The notes under the pieces: model-generated | What the model was told of the DNA's origin: nothing | Database searches by the model: none | The model's input: only the letters and a program-made list of their open reading frames with translations | Part shown: piece after piece, positions 53,345 to 64,000 of the stretch | Numbering within the stretch: position 1 is the stretch's first letter | Layout: every line of letters starts with the position of its first letter | Made by a program: the position numbers and the translations under genes | Source: Octopus vulgaris | Lineage: Eukaryota | DNA length: 64,000 nucleotides | Direction: 5' to 3' | Assembly: GCA_951406725.2 (NCBI GenBank) | Contig: OX597827.1 | Location: 33,418,001-33,482,000, forward strand

Positions 53345-53601
53345 TTATGTATATATATGTATGTATATGTATGTATATATATGTATGTATATGTATGTAT
53401 ATATATGTATGTATATTTATGTATATATATGTATATTTATGTATGTATATATATATATGTATGTATATATATATGTGTATATATATATATATGTATGTAT
53501 ATGTATATATATGTGTATATATATATATATGTATGTATATGTATATATATGTGTATATATATATATATGTGTGTGTATACGTATATATATTTGTATATAT
53601 A
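53158..53601. repeat. (TA/TATG)n microsatellite between two divergent RTEs
   Basis: Direct inspection. Confidence 0.95.
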
Positions 53602-56600
53602 TGAGGTTGTTAGGGTATGTGATAGAATGCTTAAGCTTAGGTTAGTCCTGCAGAACAGCACAGCTATAATTATTTCTGCCTACACCACACAAGTGGGCCT
53701 ACCAAATGATCAGAAGGACCATTTTTGATACTCTTCTACAGGCTACCTCAAAGACATATGGCAATGACTTCATCTTTGTGACCAGGGATTTGAATGGGCA
53801 TGTTGGGCAGCAGTCTGGTGTCTTCACTGGTATATACGGGGTTCATGGTATTCGTTCCCGAAAAGATGAGGGAACTAGGCTACTGGAGTTCTGTGATGCA
53901 TGTAACCTTTTAATCTACAACTCTAACTTCAGGAAGCCAGACAATCACCTGATAACCTATCAATCAGGTGACTCCGCTAGTCAGATTGATTTCATCCTCA
54001 CCAGACAGTGGAGCGCAGGGTTTATCTAAAATACAAAGACCCTCCCAGGTGAAGAATGTACCCCCAGCATAGACTAGTCATTAATGACTTTAGACTCAAG
54101 GCCAGAAGGATGCCAAGAAGCAGACCAATCCAGAAAAGAAGGTTTTGGAAGCTAAAGAACCCTTCACATGATCAGAGATTTAGGGACATCCTCATCAAGA
54201 AATTTGATGAGAGGGAGGAGGAGCTACAGACCTTTGAGATAGAGGGAAACTGGAAATTCCTATGGGACAGCTTACTGTGTGCCACAGACCAAGTCTGCAG
54301 ATGGTGCAAAGTCCCTTCCAGACCTAGAGTCACGTGGTGGTGGAATAATATGGTAGGCAAAGCCATTAGAACAAAGAAACAGGCCTGGAAAGCCTGGAAG
54401 GGTGGGGGTAGCAGGGAACTGTACCAGGTAGCCAAAAGGGAGGCTGGGCGGCAGGTATACATAGCCAAGGACAAAGCAGAAAAGAAGAAGTTTACCAATG
54501 TCCAGCAATGTGAGGACCAAAGAACTGAGGTATTTCGGATTGCAAGACAGTGTGTGAGAGAAAATTGTGATGTCACAGGAGAGAAATGTGTCCGCATGGA
54601 TGATGGTGCACTTGCTTTTAATGATTTGGAAAAGAAAGAGGCTTGGAGAAGCCACTATGAAAGACTGCTGAACATGGACAATGAATGGGAGGAGGATAGC
54701 CTGCCAAATGTTGACTCAGTAGAGGGACCAGCTATCTGAATAGATAGCACCCTGGTAGATAAAGTAATTAAGGGTATGAAGCCAGGAAAAGCCCCTGGCC
54801 CATCAGGAATCACTGTTGAGGTGCTTAAAACATCTGGTGGCGTGGGCTATGGCCTAGTCACCCACATTGTAAACCAAGTAATTCATGATGTAGTCATACC
54901 CAATGACTAGCATAGCAGCACCATAGTCAACTGCTACAAGGGTAAAGGTGATGCTTTAGATAGAAATAACTACAGGGGTATCAAACTGCTGGATCAGGTG
55001 ATGAAAGTCACGGATAGGGTTATAGCCCAACTAATTTAGGAGAGAGCCAGTTTAGATGAGATGCAGTTTGGGTTCGTGCCAGGGAAAAGCACCACTGATG
55101 CTATATTTCTGGTATGGCAACTGCAGGAAAAATACCTAGCCAAAGATAAACCCCTATACTTGGTTTTTGTGGACTTAGAGAAATCCTTTGACAGGGTCCC
55201 ACAATCTCTTATCTGGTGGACAATGTGGAAACTGAGGATTGACGAATGGTTTGTAAGGGCTGTACAGGCCCTATACAGAGATGCTGTGAGTAAGGTTAGG
55301 GTTGGCAATGAGTATAGTGAAGAATTCCGGGTAAAAGTAGGGATCCACTAAGGATCAACCCATAGCCCCTTCTTATTCATCATAGTCCACCAGGCAATAA
55401 CAGAGGAATTCAAGACAGGATGCCCCTAGGAGCTCCTCTATGCTGATGACCTGGCCCTCAGCTGAATCACTACCAGAACTAAAGAAGTGTGGAAGCAAGG
55501 TTTAGAATCAATGTTGCAAAGACCAAAGTTCTAGTAAGTAGGAAGGTGAATGCATCACACACCCCTTCAGGTAGGTAGCCCTGCTCGATCTGTAGAAAAG
55601 GTATAGGTAGAAACTCCATAAGATGTACCCAGTGTAAGGTATGGACACATAAGAGATGCAGGGAGATTAACCGGAAACCTAGCTTTCAAATACAGCAGAT
55701 GCACAGGGGCAATAAACACCACAGATGCTCAGAAAACATTCCATCACATGCCCAGAAGACAATCTAGAAGTAGTTGGTAGCTTCTGCTACCTAGGTGACC
55801 AAGTCTGTAGTAGAGGTGGATACTCAGAGGGTGTTACCACTAGAATAAGAATAGCCTGGACAAAGTTCAGAAAGCTTCTACCCCTACTGGTGACAAAGGG
55901 CTTCTTGCTCAGAGTGAAAGGTAGATTGTACGATGCATATGTGTGAACTGCCATGCTCCACGGCAGTGAAACATGGGCTGTGACTGCTGAAAACATGCGT
56001 AGGCTTGAGAGGAATGAAGCTAGCATGATCCGCTGGATTTGTAATGTCAGTGTGCACACATGACAGAGTGTAAGCACCCCGAGAGAAATATTGGACATAA
56101 GCATTGGATGTGGTGTGCAAGAGAGACGTTTGCATTAGTATGGTCATGTACTACGGATGGATGAGGAGAGATGTGTGAAGAAGTGCCACTCTCAAACAGT
56201 GGAAGGAATCCAAGATAGAGAGATACCCAGGAAGACATGGGGTGAGGTGGTGAAGCATGATCTTCGAACGTTGGGCCTCACAGAGGCAATGACAAAAGAC
56301 TGAGACGTCACAGAGGCAAGGACAAAAGACTGAGACCACTGAAGATATGCTGTGACTAAGAAGACCCGGCAAATAAAGTGAATTCATGCACCAGTGTCAC
56401 ATAAACAGCCCCCTCAAAAGTACATTGGCTCATCAGGCGACATGCCATGCATGAGGGGACCTATTGAGTCAAGTACATCAAAATCAAATGGATATTGAAG
56501 TTGTGGTCCCCATGCCGGTGGCACGTAAAAAGCACCGTCCAAACTTGGCCGATGCCAGCACCGCCTTGACTGGCTTCCGTGCTGGTGGCATGTAAATGCG

Positions 56601-56768
56601 ACCAACTGATCGTGGTCATTGCCAGCCCCCTCTGGCCCCTCTGTGAGTGGCATGTAAAGAGCATCCACTACACTCCAGGAGTGGTTAGTGTTAGGAAGGG
56701 CATCCAGCTGTAGAAACACTGCCAGATCAGACTGAAGCCTGGTGCAGCCTCCTGGCTTCCCAGACCCC
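53602..56768 (+). mobile_element. RTE-clade LINE, related and more decayed subfamily
   Basis: Same motifs as 49811-53155 with many stops; 3' UTR repeats at 56510-56760. Confidence 0.92.
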
Positions 56769-56871
56769 ATACATACATATATATATATATATGTATGTAT
56801 GTATGTATGTCTATGTATATGTGTGTATATATATGTATGTATATATATATATGTGTGTGTGTATGTATGTG

Positions 56872-56902
<31 letters not shown>

Positions 56903-57120
56903 ATATATATATGTGTATGTATGTGTATATGTATATATGTATGTGTATATGTATATATGTATGTGTATATGTATATATGTATGTGTATATGTATATATGT
57001 ATGTATATATGTGTATGTATATGTATGTATATATATGTTTGTATATATGTATGTATATGTATATATAAATATATATATGTGTATATATATGTGTGTGTAT
57101 ATATATATATACACACACAC
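56769..57120. repeat. (TA/TG)n microsatellite
   Basis: Direct inspection. Confidence 0.95.
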
Positions 57121-57164
57121 ACGTGTATATTTGTATGGGTATAATACGTATATATATATTCTTG

Positions 57165-57532
57165 TATTTGTTTAAGTCATTTAACTGCAGCCATGCTGGA
57201 GCACTGCCTTTAGTCGTACAAATTGACCCCATGATTTATTCTTTGTAAGCCTATCTATTCCCCTCATTTGCCGAACCACTAATTTACAGGGATGTAAACA
57301 CACCAACATCGTATGTCAGGAGATGGTGGTGGGGACAAACACAGCTGCACAAACATATACAAATATATATATGTATATGTATATATATACATGAAGGCCT
57401 TCTTTCAGTTTCTGTCTACCAAATCCACTCACAAAGCTTTGGTTGACCTGAGGCTATAGTAGAAGACACTTGAGACTGAACCCGGTACCATGTTGGTAAG
57501 CAAGCTACTTACCACACAGTCACACCTGCACC

Positions 57533-57533
<1 letters not shown>
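57165..57533 (-). mobile_element. SINE (23001 family)
   Basis: Matches 46100-46482. Confidence 0.75.
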
Positions 57534-57563
<30 letters not shown>

Positions 57564-57607
57564 GTATGAAAATCTTTTTTTTTTTTCTTAATAAAATGAA
57601 TGTATAT

Positions 57608-59242
57608 GTACAAAGGAAGCTGAAATTTTAGGTTCAAATGCTCTTACTTAATTCTGGCTAACATTTGACATAGATCAGATCTGTTTTTTGTGAGTAATTG
57701 AGAATTTACTGAAATTGGCTGTCTGAAGTTATTATGCAAATGTTGCTCTGCGTATCAGGAGAATTAAAATATATGAACCCATTATGAACTTTTTACTTAT
57801 TCAGAGCAATGTTTTAATATATAGTTGAAGCAATTTACATGTTCATATAACGACCTTTCTTTTCAATCAACATTACTACTCTGTTGTCCATTGAATTTGT
57901 TAATTTTCCAATTTGATCTGGCAAAAAGGCGGCAAGCTGGCAGAAATGTTAGCATGCTGGGCAAAATGCTCAGCGGTATTTCAACTGTCTTTACGTTCTG
58001 AGTTCAAATTCTGCTGATGTCGACTTTGCCTTTCATCCTTTCAGGGTTGATAAATTAAGTACTAGTTGTGTACTGAGGTCGATCTAATCAACTGGCCCCC
58101 TCCCCAAAACTTTTGGGCCTTGTGCCTAGAGTAAAAAAGAATTTGATCTGGTGAAACTGCAGCTGTAATACTTTGTATAGCATCCCACAGTTCTACCTTA
58201 CTGTTTTACTTATTCATAGAAATTCTGTTTGTCGATTGACCTGAGGTTTACTATTGGGTTCAAGTCAGGACTTGACGGTGGCCACTCCATTATCTTGTCT
58301 TTAGCAAATCATTTGCGCTGAAGAAACTCACGAGTTAGGTGACAAGCATGTAATGGAGCATTGTCGTGCATAAACATAGACTTTATCTTGAAACTGTGAG
58401 GCTATTCAAAGAAAGTTTGATCCAAGAATTCACAATAATTAATATTGTTGGGTTTTACACTTTCGTCAACTTAAAATGGTCCAATGATTGTTCTATTAAC
58501 AAAACCAGCCCATATCATTACACCACCACCTCCTTGTGGCCATCTTCTCGTCATAGGAGTATCTTGACCTGGTAGAACCCATCCTTTAGCCCATCCATCT
58601 GGATTATCTAATGTGATGTGCAATTCGTCAGTGAATATGATGTTTCTGAAACCTGTTTGTAAGTACTTTCTTGCCCATCTTAGATGTTTATCAATATTAG
58701 TTGGAGATATAGGAGGTTGGCGAGGAGATTTTTTCACAGAACCAATGTCGTGAAGAACTCTACACCTTTTGTCTCTCTTTACTCCAACAATCCCAGCCAT
58801 ATTAAATATCTTATCACTACTGAGTAGTGGGTTTTTAGCTGATGTTTATCTCTCATGGACAAGTTCTTGAATCCCTTTCCAGACCTTGGTTTCCTGTTCT
58901 TTGTTATATCTTCAATTGTTTTCTTGATTGTTTGATGATCTTAGCCAAGCTGCTTTGAAATTTTTAAAGAGGTCATACCATCACTTAAAAGCTAAGTTAT
59001 TTTCTGTTTTTCAGATGTTGTAATATTCTTTTTACCCATGGTTGTATTATGACATGCAAAATAATAAAATGTATTTATCAACACTGTAAAAATACAAATT
59101 CCAACATTTGTATAGTAACTGCAGACAGCCAATTTCAGTAAATTCTCAATTACTCACGAAAAATAGATCAGATGCATGTTAACTTTTAGCCACAATTAAG
59201 AGCATTTCTACCAACATCCTAAAATTCAGCTTCCTATATACA
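57608..59242 (-). mobile_element. Tc1-like transposon with ~135-bp TIRs and decayed transposase
   Basis: 57608-57746 is inverted to 59102-59242; MGKKNITTSEKQKI, IIFTDE, GGGVMIWAG, MHDNAP, WPPSSPDLNPI. Confidence 0.88.
57922..58139 (+). mobile_element. tRNA-derived SINE inserted in the Tc1 ORF
   Basis: 12-bp TSD AATTTGATCTGG at 57910-57921 and 58140-58151; B box-like gagttcaaatt. Confidence 0.85.
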
Positions 59243-59361
59243 TGTACTTTCATTTTATTAAAAAGAAAACGATTTGCATATCTTCAGACAAGGTGTATAC
59301 GTATGTGTGTGTGTGTATATATATATACATATATATATATGTATATATATGTATGTATGTG

Positions 59362-59400
<39 letters not shown>

Positions 59401-59430
59401 GTATATATATATGTATATATATATGTATGC

Positions 59431-59496
<66 letters not shown>

Positions 59497-59500
59497 ATAG

Positions 59501-59795
59501 TGGAGGCACGTGGCTTAGTGTGTTAGGGTGTCAGCATCATGATCGTAAGAGTGTGGTTTCAATTCCTGGACCGGGCGACACGTGTTCTTGAGCAAAACAC
59601 CTCGTTTCATGTTGCTCCAGTCCACTCAGCTGGCAAAAATGAGTAACGCTGCGATGGACTGGCGTCCCGTCCAGCTGGGGAACATATACACTATTGAAAC
59701 CGGGTCCATGAGCCTGGCTAGGCTATAGAAGGGCGCATTTATTTGTGGAGGTGCGTGGCTTAGTGGTTAGGGTGACAGCATCATGATTGTAAGGG
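59501..59795 (+). mobile_element. Third tRNA-derived SINE family plus a partial tandem copy of its head
   Basis: gtggcttagtg(g/tg)ttaggg A box and ggtttcaattcc B box; head repeated at ~59746. Confidence 0.7.
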
Positions 59796-59847
59796 CACAT
59801 TTATTTATTATATGTATATACGTATACATACATATATATATATATAT

Positions 59848-60944
59848 CATCATCATTTAACGTCCGCTTTCCATGCTAGCATGGGTTGGATGATTTGACT
59901 GAGGTGTGGCGAACCAGTCTCCAATCTGATCTGGCAGAGTTTCTACAGCTGGATGCCCTTCCTAATGCCAACCACTCCGAGAGTGTAGTGGGTGCTTTTA
60001 CATGCAACCAGCACAAGGGTCAATTTGGTGGTACTAGCAACAGCCACATCCAAAAGGTGCTTTTTACATGCACAGGAGCCAGTCCAGCAGCACTGGCGAC
60101 GTCCTCGCTTGAATGTTTCACATGCCACCACCACAAGTGCTAGTAAAGTGACGCAGTAACGATCACACTTGAATTGTGTGCTTAACGTGCCATCAGCACA
60201 AAGGCCAGTTTGTTGCTCTGGCAACGATCTCACTCGTATGGTACTCTTAGCGCTCCACTTGCAACGGATGCCAGTCACCGAGTTTAGTGTACAATGAAGA
60301 AAGGGCACGCATAAGTGGACTGGTTACACCTCTAGCATAAGCCACAAGGTTATGGTCACGCTTGCGTTTGCCGAGTCTTCTGCAGCACAGCATATTTCCA
60401 GAGGTCTCGGTCACTAGTCATTGCCTCGGTGAGGCCCAATGTTTGAAGGTCATGCTTTACCACCTCATCCCAGGTCTTCCTGGGTCTACCTCTTCTGCAG
60501 GTTCCCTCAACTGCTAGGGTGTGGCACTTTTTCACATAGCTATCCACATCCATTCTTGCCACATGACCACACAGCACAGTTGTCTCTCTTGTACACCACA
60601 CCTGATGCTTCTTAGGTCCAACCTTTCTCTCAGGGTACTAACACTCTTTGGAGTATGCACACTGACATTACACATCCATCGGAACATGCTGGCTTCATTC
60701 CTTGCGAGCTTACGCATATCCTCAGCAGTCACGGCCCATGTTTCACTGCCATGTAGCATGGCTGTTCGTACACATGCGTCATACAGTCTACCTTTTACTC
60801 TGAGCGAGAGGCCTTTTGTCACCAGCAGAGGTAATAGCTCTCTGAACTTAGCCCAAGCTATTCTTATTCTAGCAGCTACGCTTTCAGTGCACCCTCCTCC
60901 ACTACTGATTTGGTCACCTAGGTAATGGAAGCTATCAACTACTT
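59848..60944 (-). mobile_element. RTE 3' fragment
   Basis: KGLSLRVKGRLYDACVRTAMLHGSETW, GRPRKTW and a (CAT)n tail. Confidence 0.9.
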
Positions 60945-60981
60945 CTATATATATATATATATACTTATATATATATATATA

Positions 60982-61033
<52 letters not shown>

Positions 61034-61428
61034 GTATATTTATGTATGTTTGTATGTATATTTATGTATGTATGTATGTATATTTATATATGTATGTATA
61101 AATATGTATACATGTGTATGCATATATATATTTGTATATATATGTGTATGCATATATATATGTATATATATGTGTATATAAGTATATGTATATATGTGTG
61201 TATATATATATATATGTATGTATATATATATATATGTGTATATATATATGTATATATATATATATGTGCATGTGTGTGTATATAAGTATATGTATATATA
61301 TGTGTATATATATATATGTATATGTCTATATATATATGTGTATATATATGTGTGTGTATATATGTATGTATATATGTATGTATAAATATATGTGTTTATA
61401 CATGCGTGTGTATATGTATATATATATA
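60945..61428. repeat. (TA/TG)n microsatellite
   Basis: Direct inspection. Confidence 0.95.
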
Positions 61429-61495
61429 GAATTGTTAATCAGGATGTCAAACATCTCAAGTCATATACAATATTATTAAAGGAAGAAATTCAAAA

Positions 61496-61549
61496 TCTTA
61501 CAGCTGTTTCTGTGATATCCCCGAGTATGGGATATTCCGTCATTAGAGA
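61496..61549 (-). ncRNA. Hammerhead motif (core mutated to CTAATGA)
   Basis: Minus strand: TCT-CTAATGA-..ATATCCC..GGGATAT..-GAAA-CAGCTG-TA-AGA. Confidence 0.6.
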
Positions 61550-61853
61550 CAGATTGGGGAAAAAATATGGAAAATGAGAATGGTATATATCAATAAGATG
61601 TTATTTAATGTTGACATGTTTGTGTCTTTTTCGCTGGATATCTACTATACAAGGACTGTAACCCACATGGATATACATAGGATTGCACCTCAGGACTCAT
61701 GCTTTGCTTTCTATAACTTTGGAATGTTGAACTGTCAACTTTTATGCCTCTTCTTTTCTCCCTCTTTCCATCTTATTCTTTTACTCCCTTCGTCTATGTT
61801 ATCATTTTATTGATATATACCATTCTCATTTTCCATATTTTTTCCCCAATTTG

Positions 61854-61907
61854 TCTCTGATGATGGAATAGCCCATACTCGAGCATATCCCAGAAACAGC
61901 TGTAATT
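61854..61907 (+). ncRNA. Hammerhead motif (intact core, damaged stem I)
   Basis: TCT-CTGATGA-TGGAATA..TATCCCA-GAAA-CAGCTG-TA. Confidence 0.65.
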
Positions 61908-62121
61908 TTTTAATTTCTTCCTGTAATAATATCGTATATGACATGAGATGTTTGCCTTGACTTAATGTTTGCCATCCTGTTTAACAATTATGTATCTGTT
62001 GCATCTGAAATCTTCAATGGCCCCCATATCTACCATCTCGCCTATAACCTTGGAGACCCAGTAATCCATTATAGCACCTGTGAACTAAACCCCCATACTT
62101 TGTATGTATATATGTGTGTGT

Positions 62122-62253
62122 ATCATCATCATCAACGTTTAACGTCCGCTTTCCATGCTGGCATGGGTTGGATGATTTGACTGAGGGCTAGCAAGCCAGA
62201 AGACTGCACCAAGCTCCAATCTGATCTAGCAAAGTTTCTACAGGTGGATGCCC
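62122..62253 (-). mobile_element. RTE 3'-tail fragment
   Basis: catcatcatc..tttaacgtccgctttccatgc..ggatgccc. Confidence 0.75.
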
Positions 62254-62532
62254 ACATCTATATATGTCTCTCTCTATATATATTTATTGAAAATTATACC
62301 AGCTGATGTATGTCGTTTTTATATCCTCTTCATTTTCTTATTTGCTGTATAAATTAAGGGTAAACCACTTTTTACCCCACCCATGTATAACACTCAATTG
62401 TGAGATTGCCATGCAATAACCAGCTCTTGGGTATGAATAATTGGGTACACTACCAGCAGTATATTGGATAGATGCTATCCTTTGATTGGTTTCCCAACCT
62501 CTAACTCATACAGAAATATATGTGTGTTTATA

Positions 62533-63370
62533 TAGTGTAAGCTATGGACACATAAGAGGTGCAGCAATATCACAGGAAGGCTAACTGAGAAAATAGTTTT
62601 TGTATGTGGCAGGTGCTCAGGAGCAATAAACACTGAAGACGTGCAGAGAACAACTTCCGTCACATTTCAGGGAGAAAAACTAGAAGTAGGGTGCACTGAA
62701 AGTGTAGCTACTAGAATAAGAATAGCCTTGGCAAAGTTCAGAGAGCTCTTACCTCTACTGGTGACAAAGGGCCTCTCGCTCAGAGTAAAAGGGAGACTGT
62801 ATGACGCATGTGTACGAACATCCATGCTACATGGCAGTGAAACATGGGCCGTGACTGCTGAGGATATGTGTAAGCTCGCAAGGAATGAAGCTAGTATGAT
62901 CTGATGGATGTGTAATGTCAGTGTGCATACTCGACAGAGTGTAAGTACCTTGAGAGAAAAGTTGGACCTAACAAGCATCAGATGTAGTATGCAAGTGAGA
63001 CAACTGCGCTGGTATGGTCATGTGGCGAGAATAGATGAGGATAGCTGTGTGAAAACGTGCCACACCCTAGCGGTTGAGGGAACCTGTAGAAGAGGTAGAC
63101 CCAGGAAGACATGAGATGAAGTGGTGAAGCACAATCTTTGAACATTAGGCCTCGCTGAGGCAGTGACCAGAGACCGAGACTTTTGGAAATATGCTGTGCT
63201 TAAGAAGACCCGGCAAGCCAAGCGAGACCATAACCTTGTGGCCTAAGCCAGGGATGTAACCAGCCTACTTATGCATACCTTCCCTTCATTGGACATTGCT
63301 TGCAAAGACCTGTTGAGACAAGTGAAATCGAAATCAAATTCAATGACTGGCATCCGTGCTAGTGCACCAT
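62533..63370 (+). mobile_element. RTE 3' fragment
   Basis: WTHKRCS, AKFRELLPLL, LRWYGHV. Confidence 0.9.
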
Positions 63371-63391
63371 GTGTGTACATGTATATATATA

Positions 63392-63443
<52 letters not shown>

Positions 63444-63446
<3 letters not shown>

Positions 63447-64000
63447 GTATGCAGGAAGTAAATAGACGCCTTTAATTTCCAAAATCTTTTATTTAATATG
63501 CAAAGCGAACAATTGAAATGTAATTGATAGGTAGGACTACATACTTTAGTATTTAGATGACATTCCCTTTGCAGTTTTTAATTCAGAAACTCTTTTTGGC
63601 ATTGAACTGATGAGCTTTGTGATTGTCTCTTGTGGAATTTCTGCCCACTTTTCATGCAACAATTGAAACAATTCATCTTTAGATTTAGGTTTCTGTTGAG
63701 TTTTTCGTATAGCTCTATCTAGTATGTTCCAAAGATTTTCAATTGTGTTCATGTCAGGAGATTGGCTCAGCCAAGGAAGCTTTTTGATCCCATTTTCAGT
63801 CAACCATTGTTGACTTCTTTTCACTGTGTAGCACGGAACCCCATCTTCCATGAATAAAAACTCATTTTTCGTTATGTTCTCATGTGAATACATTGGAAGT
63901 AGTCCTTGCTATGGTTCCAACACATTTGATCAGCTCAGAACGACTGTTGTTGGTGACAACTCCCCATACCATTACAGAGATACTGCCATGTTTCACAGTT
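63444..64000 (-). mobile_element. Tc1-like transposon right end with DD34E C-terminus (continues beyond the window)
   Basis: FMEDGVPCY..WLSQSPDMNTIENLW..LISSMPKR..AKG at 63546-63893; TA|CAGGT terminus at ~63444. Confidence 0.85.

Larger units (their letters stand above)
61430..61989. repeat. ~170-bp inverted repeats (61430-61600 / 61802-61989), each carrying a hammerhead
   Basis: ggggaaaaaatatggaaaatgagaatggtatatatcaataa is the reverse complement of ttattgatatataccattctcattttccatattttttcccc. Confidence 0.88.

Noticed and set aside
59501-59580. tRNA gene
   Set aside because: A and B boxes are present, but there is no complete cloverleaf and the sequence continues into a SINE body.
40570-61479. 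Many Y/I/C/V/M/H/T-rich ORFs
   Set aside because: These are translations of TA/TG microsatellites.

Overview
Gene-poor, AT-rich eukaryotic DNA made almost entirely of repeats. The tRNA-like SINE families, RTE tails and long (TA/TG)n tracts suggest an octopus or other coleoid cephalopod; this is an inference. No host protein-coding gene can be supported. 1.1-7.5 kb is a head-to-head degenerate telomeric array, (TTAGGG)n-(TA)n-(CCCTAA)n, whose arms share variant patterns in mirror image and which contains an A->G (CCCTGG)n island. 7.5-12.3 kb is a 10-mer satellite punctuated by about 30 copies of a conserved double-hairpin module. The rest is a nested transposon graveyard. It holds R4/Dong-like, CR1-like and RTE LINEs, mariner, Tc1 and hAT remnants, and three non-autonomous Helitrons. 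It also holds four GG..CC elements with 8-bp target duplications (Merlin-like), one carrying telomeric repeats, and a Sola3-like transposase relic that can be rebuilt by removing two insertions. The most notable non-coding signal is at least eight type-I hammerhead ribozyme motifs with palindromic stem III (Penelope-like), several sitting in inverted-repeat cassettes that have no ORF. Most ORFs in the supplied track are translations of simple repeats.
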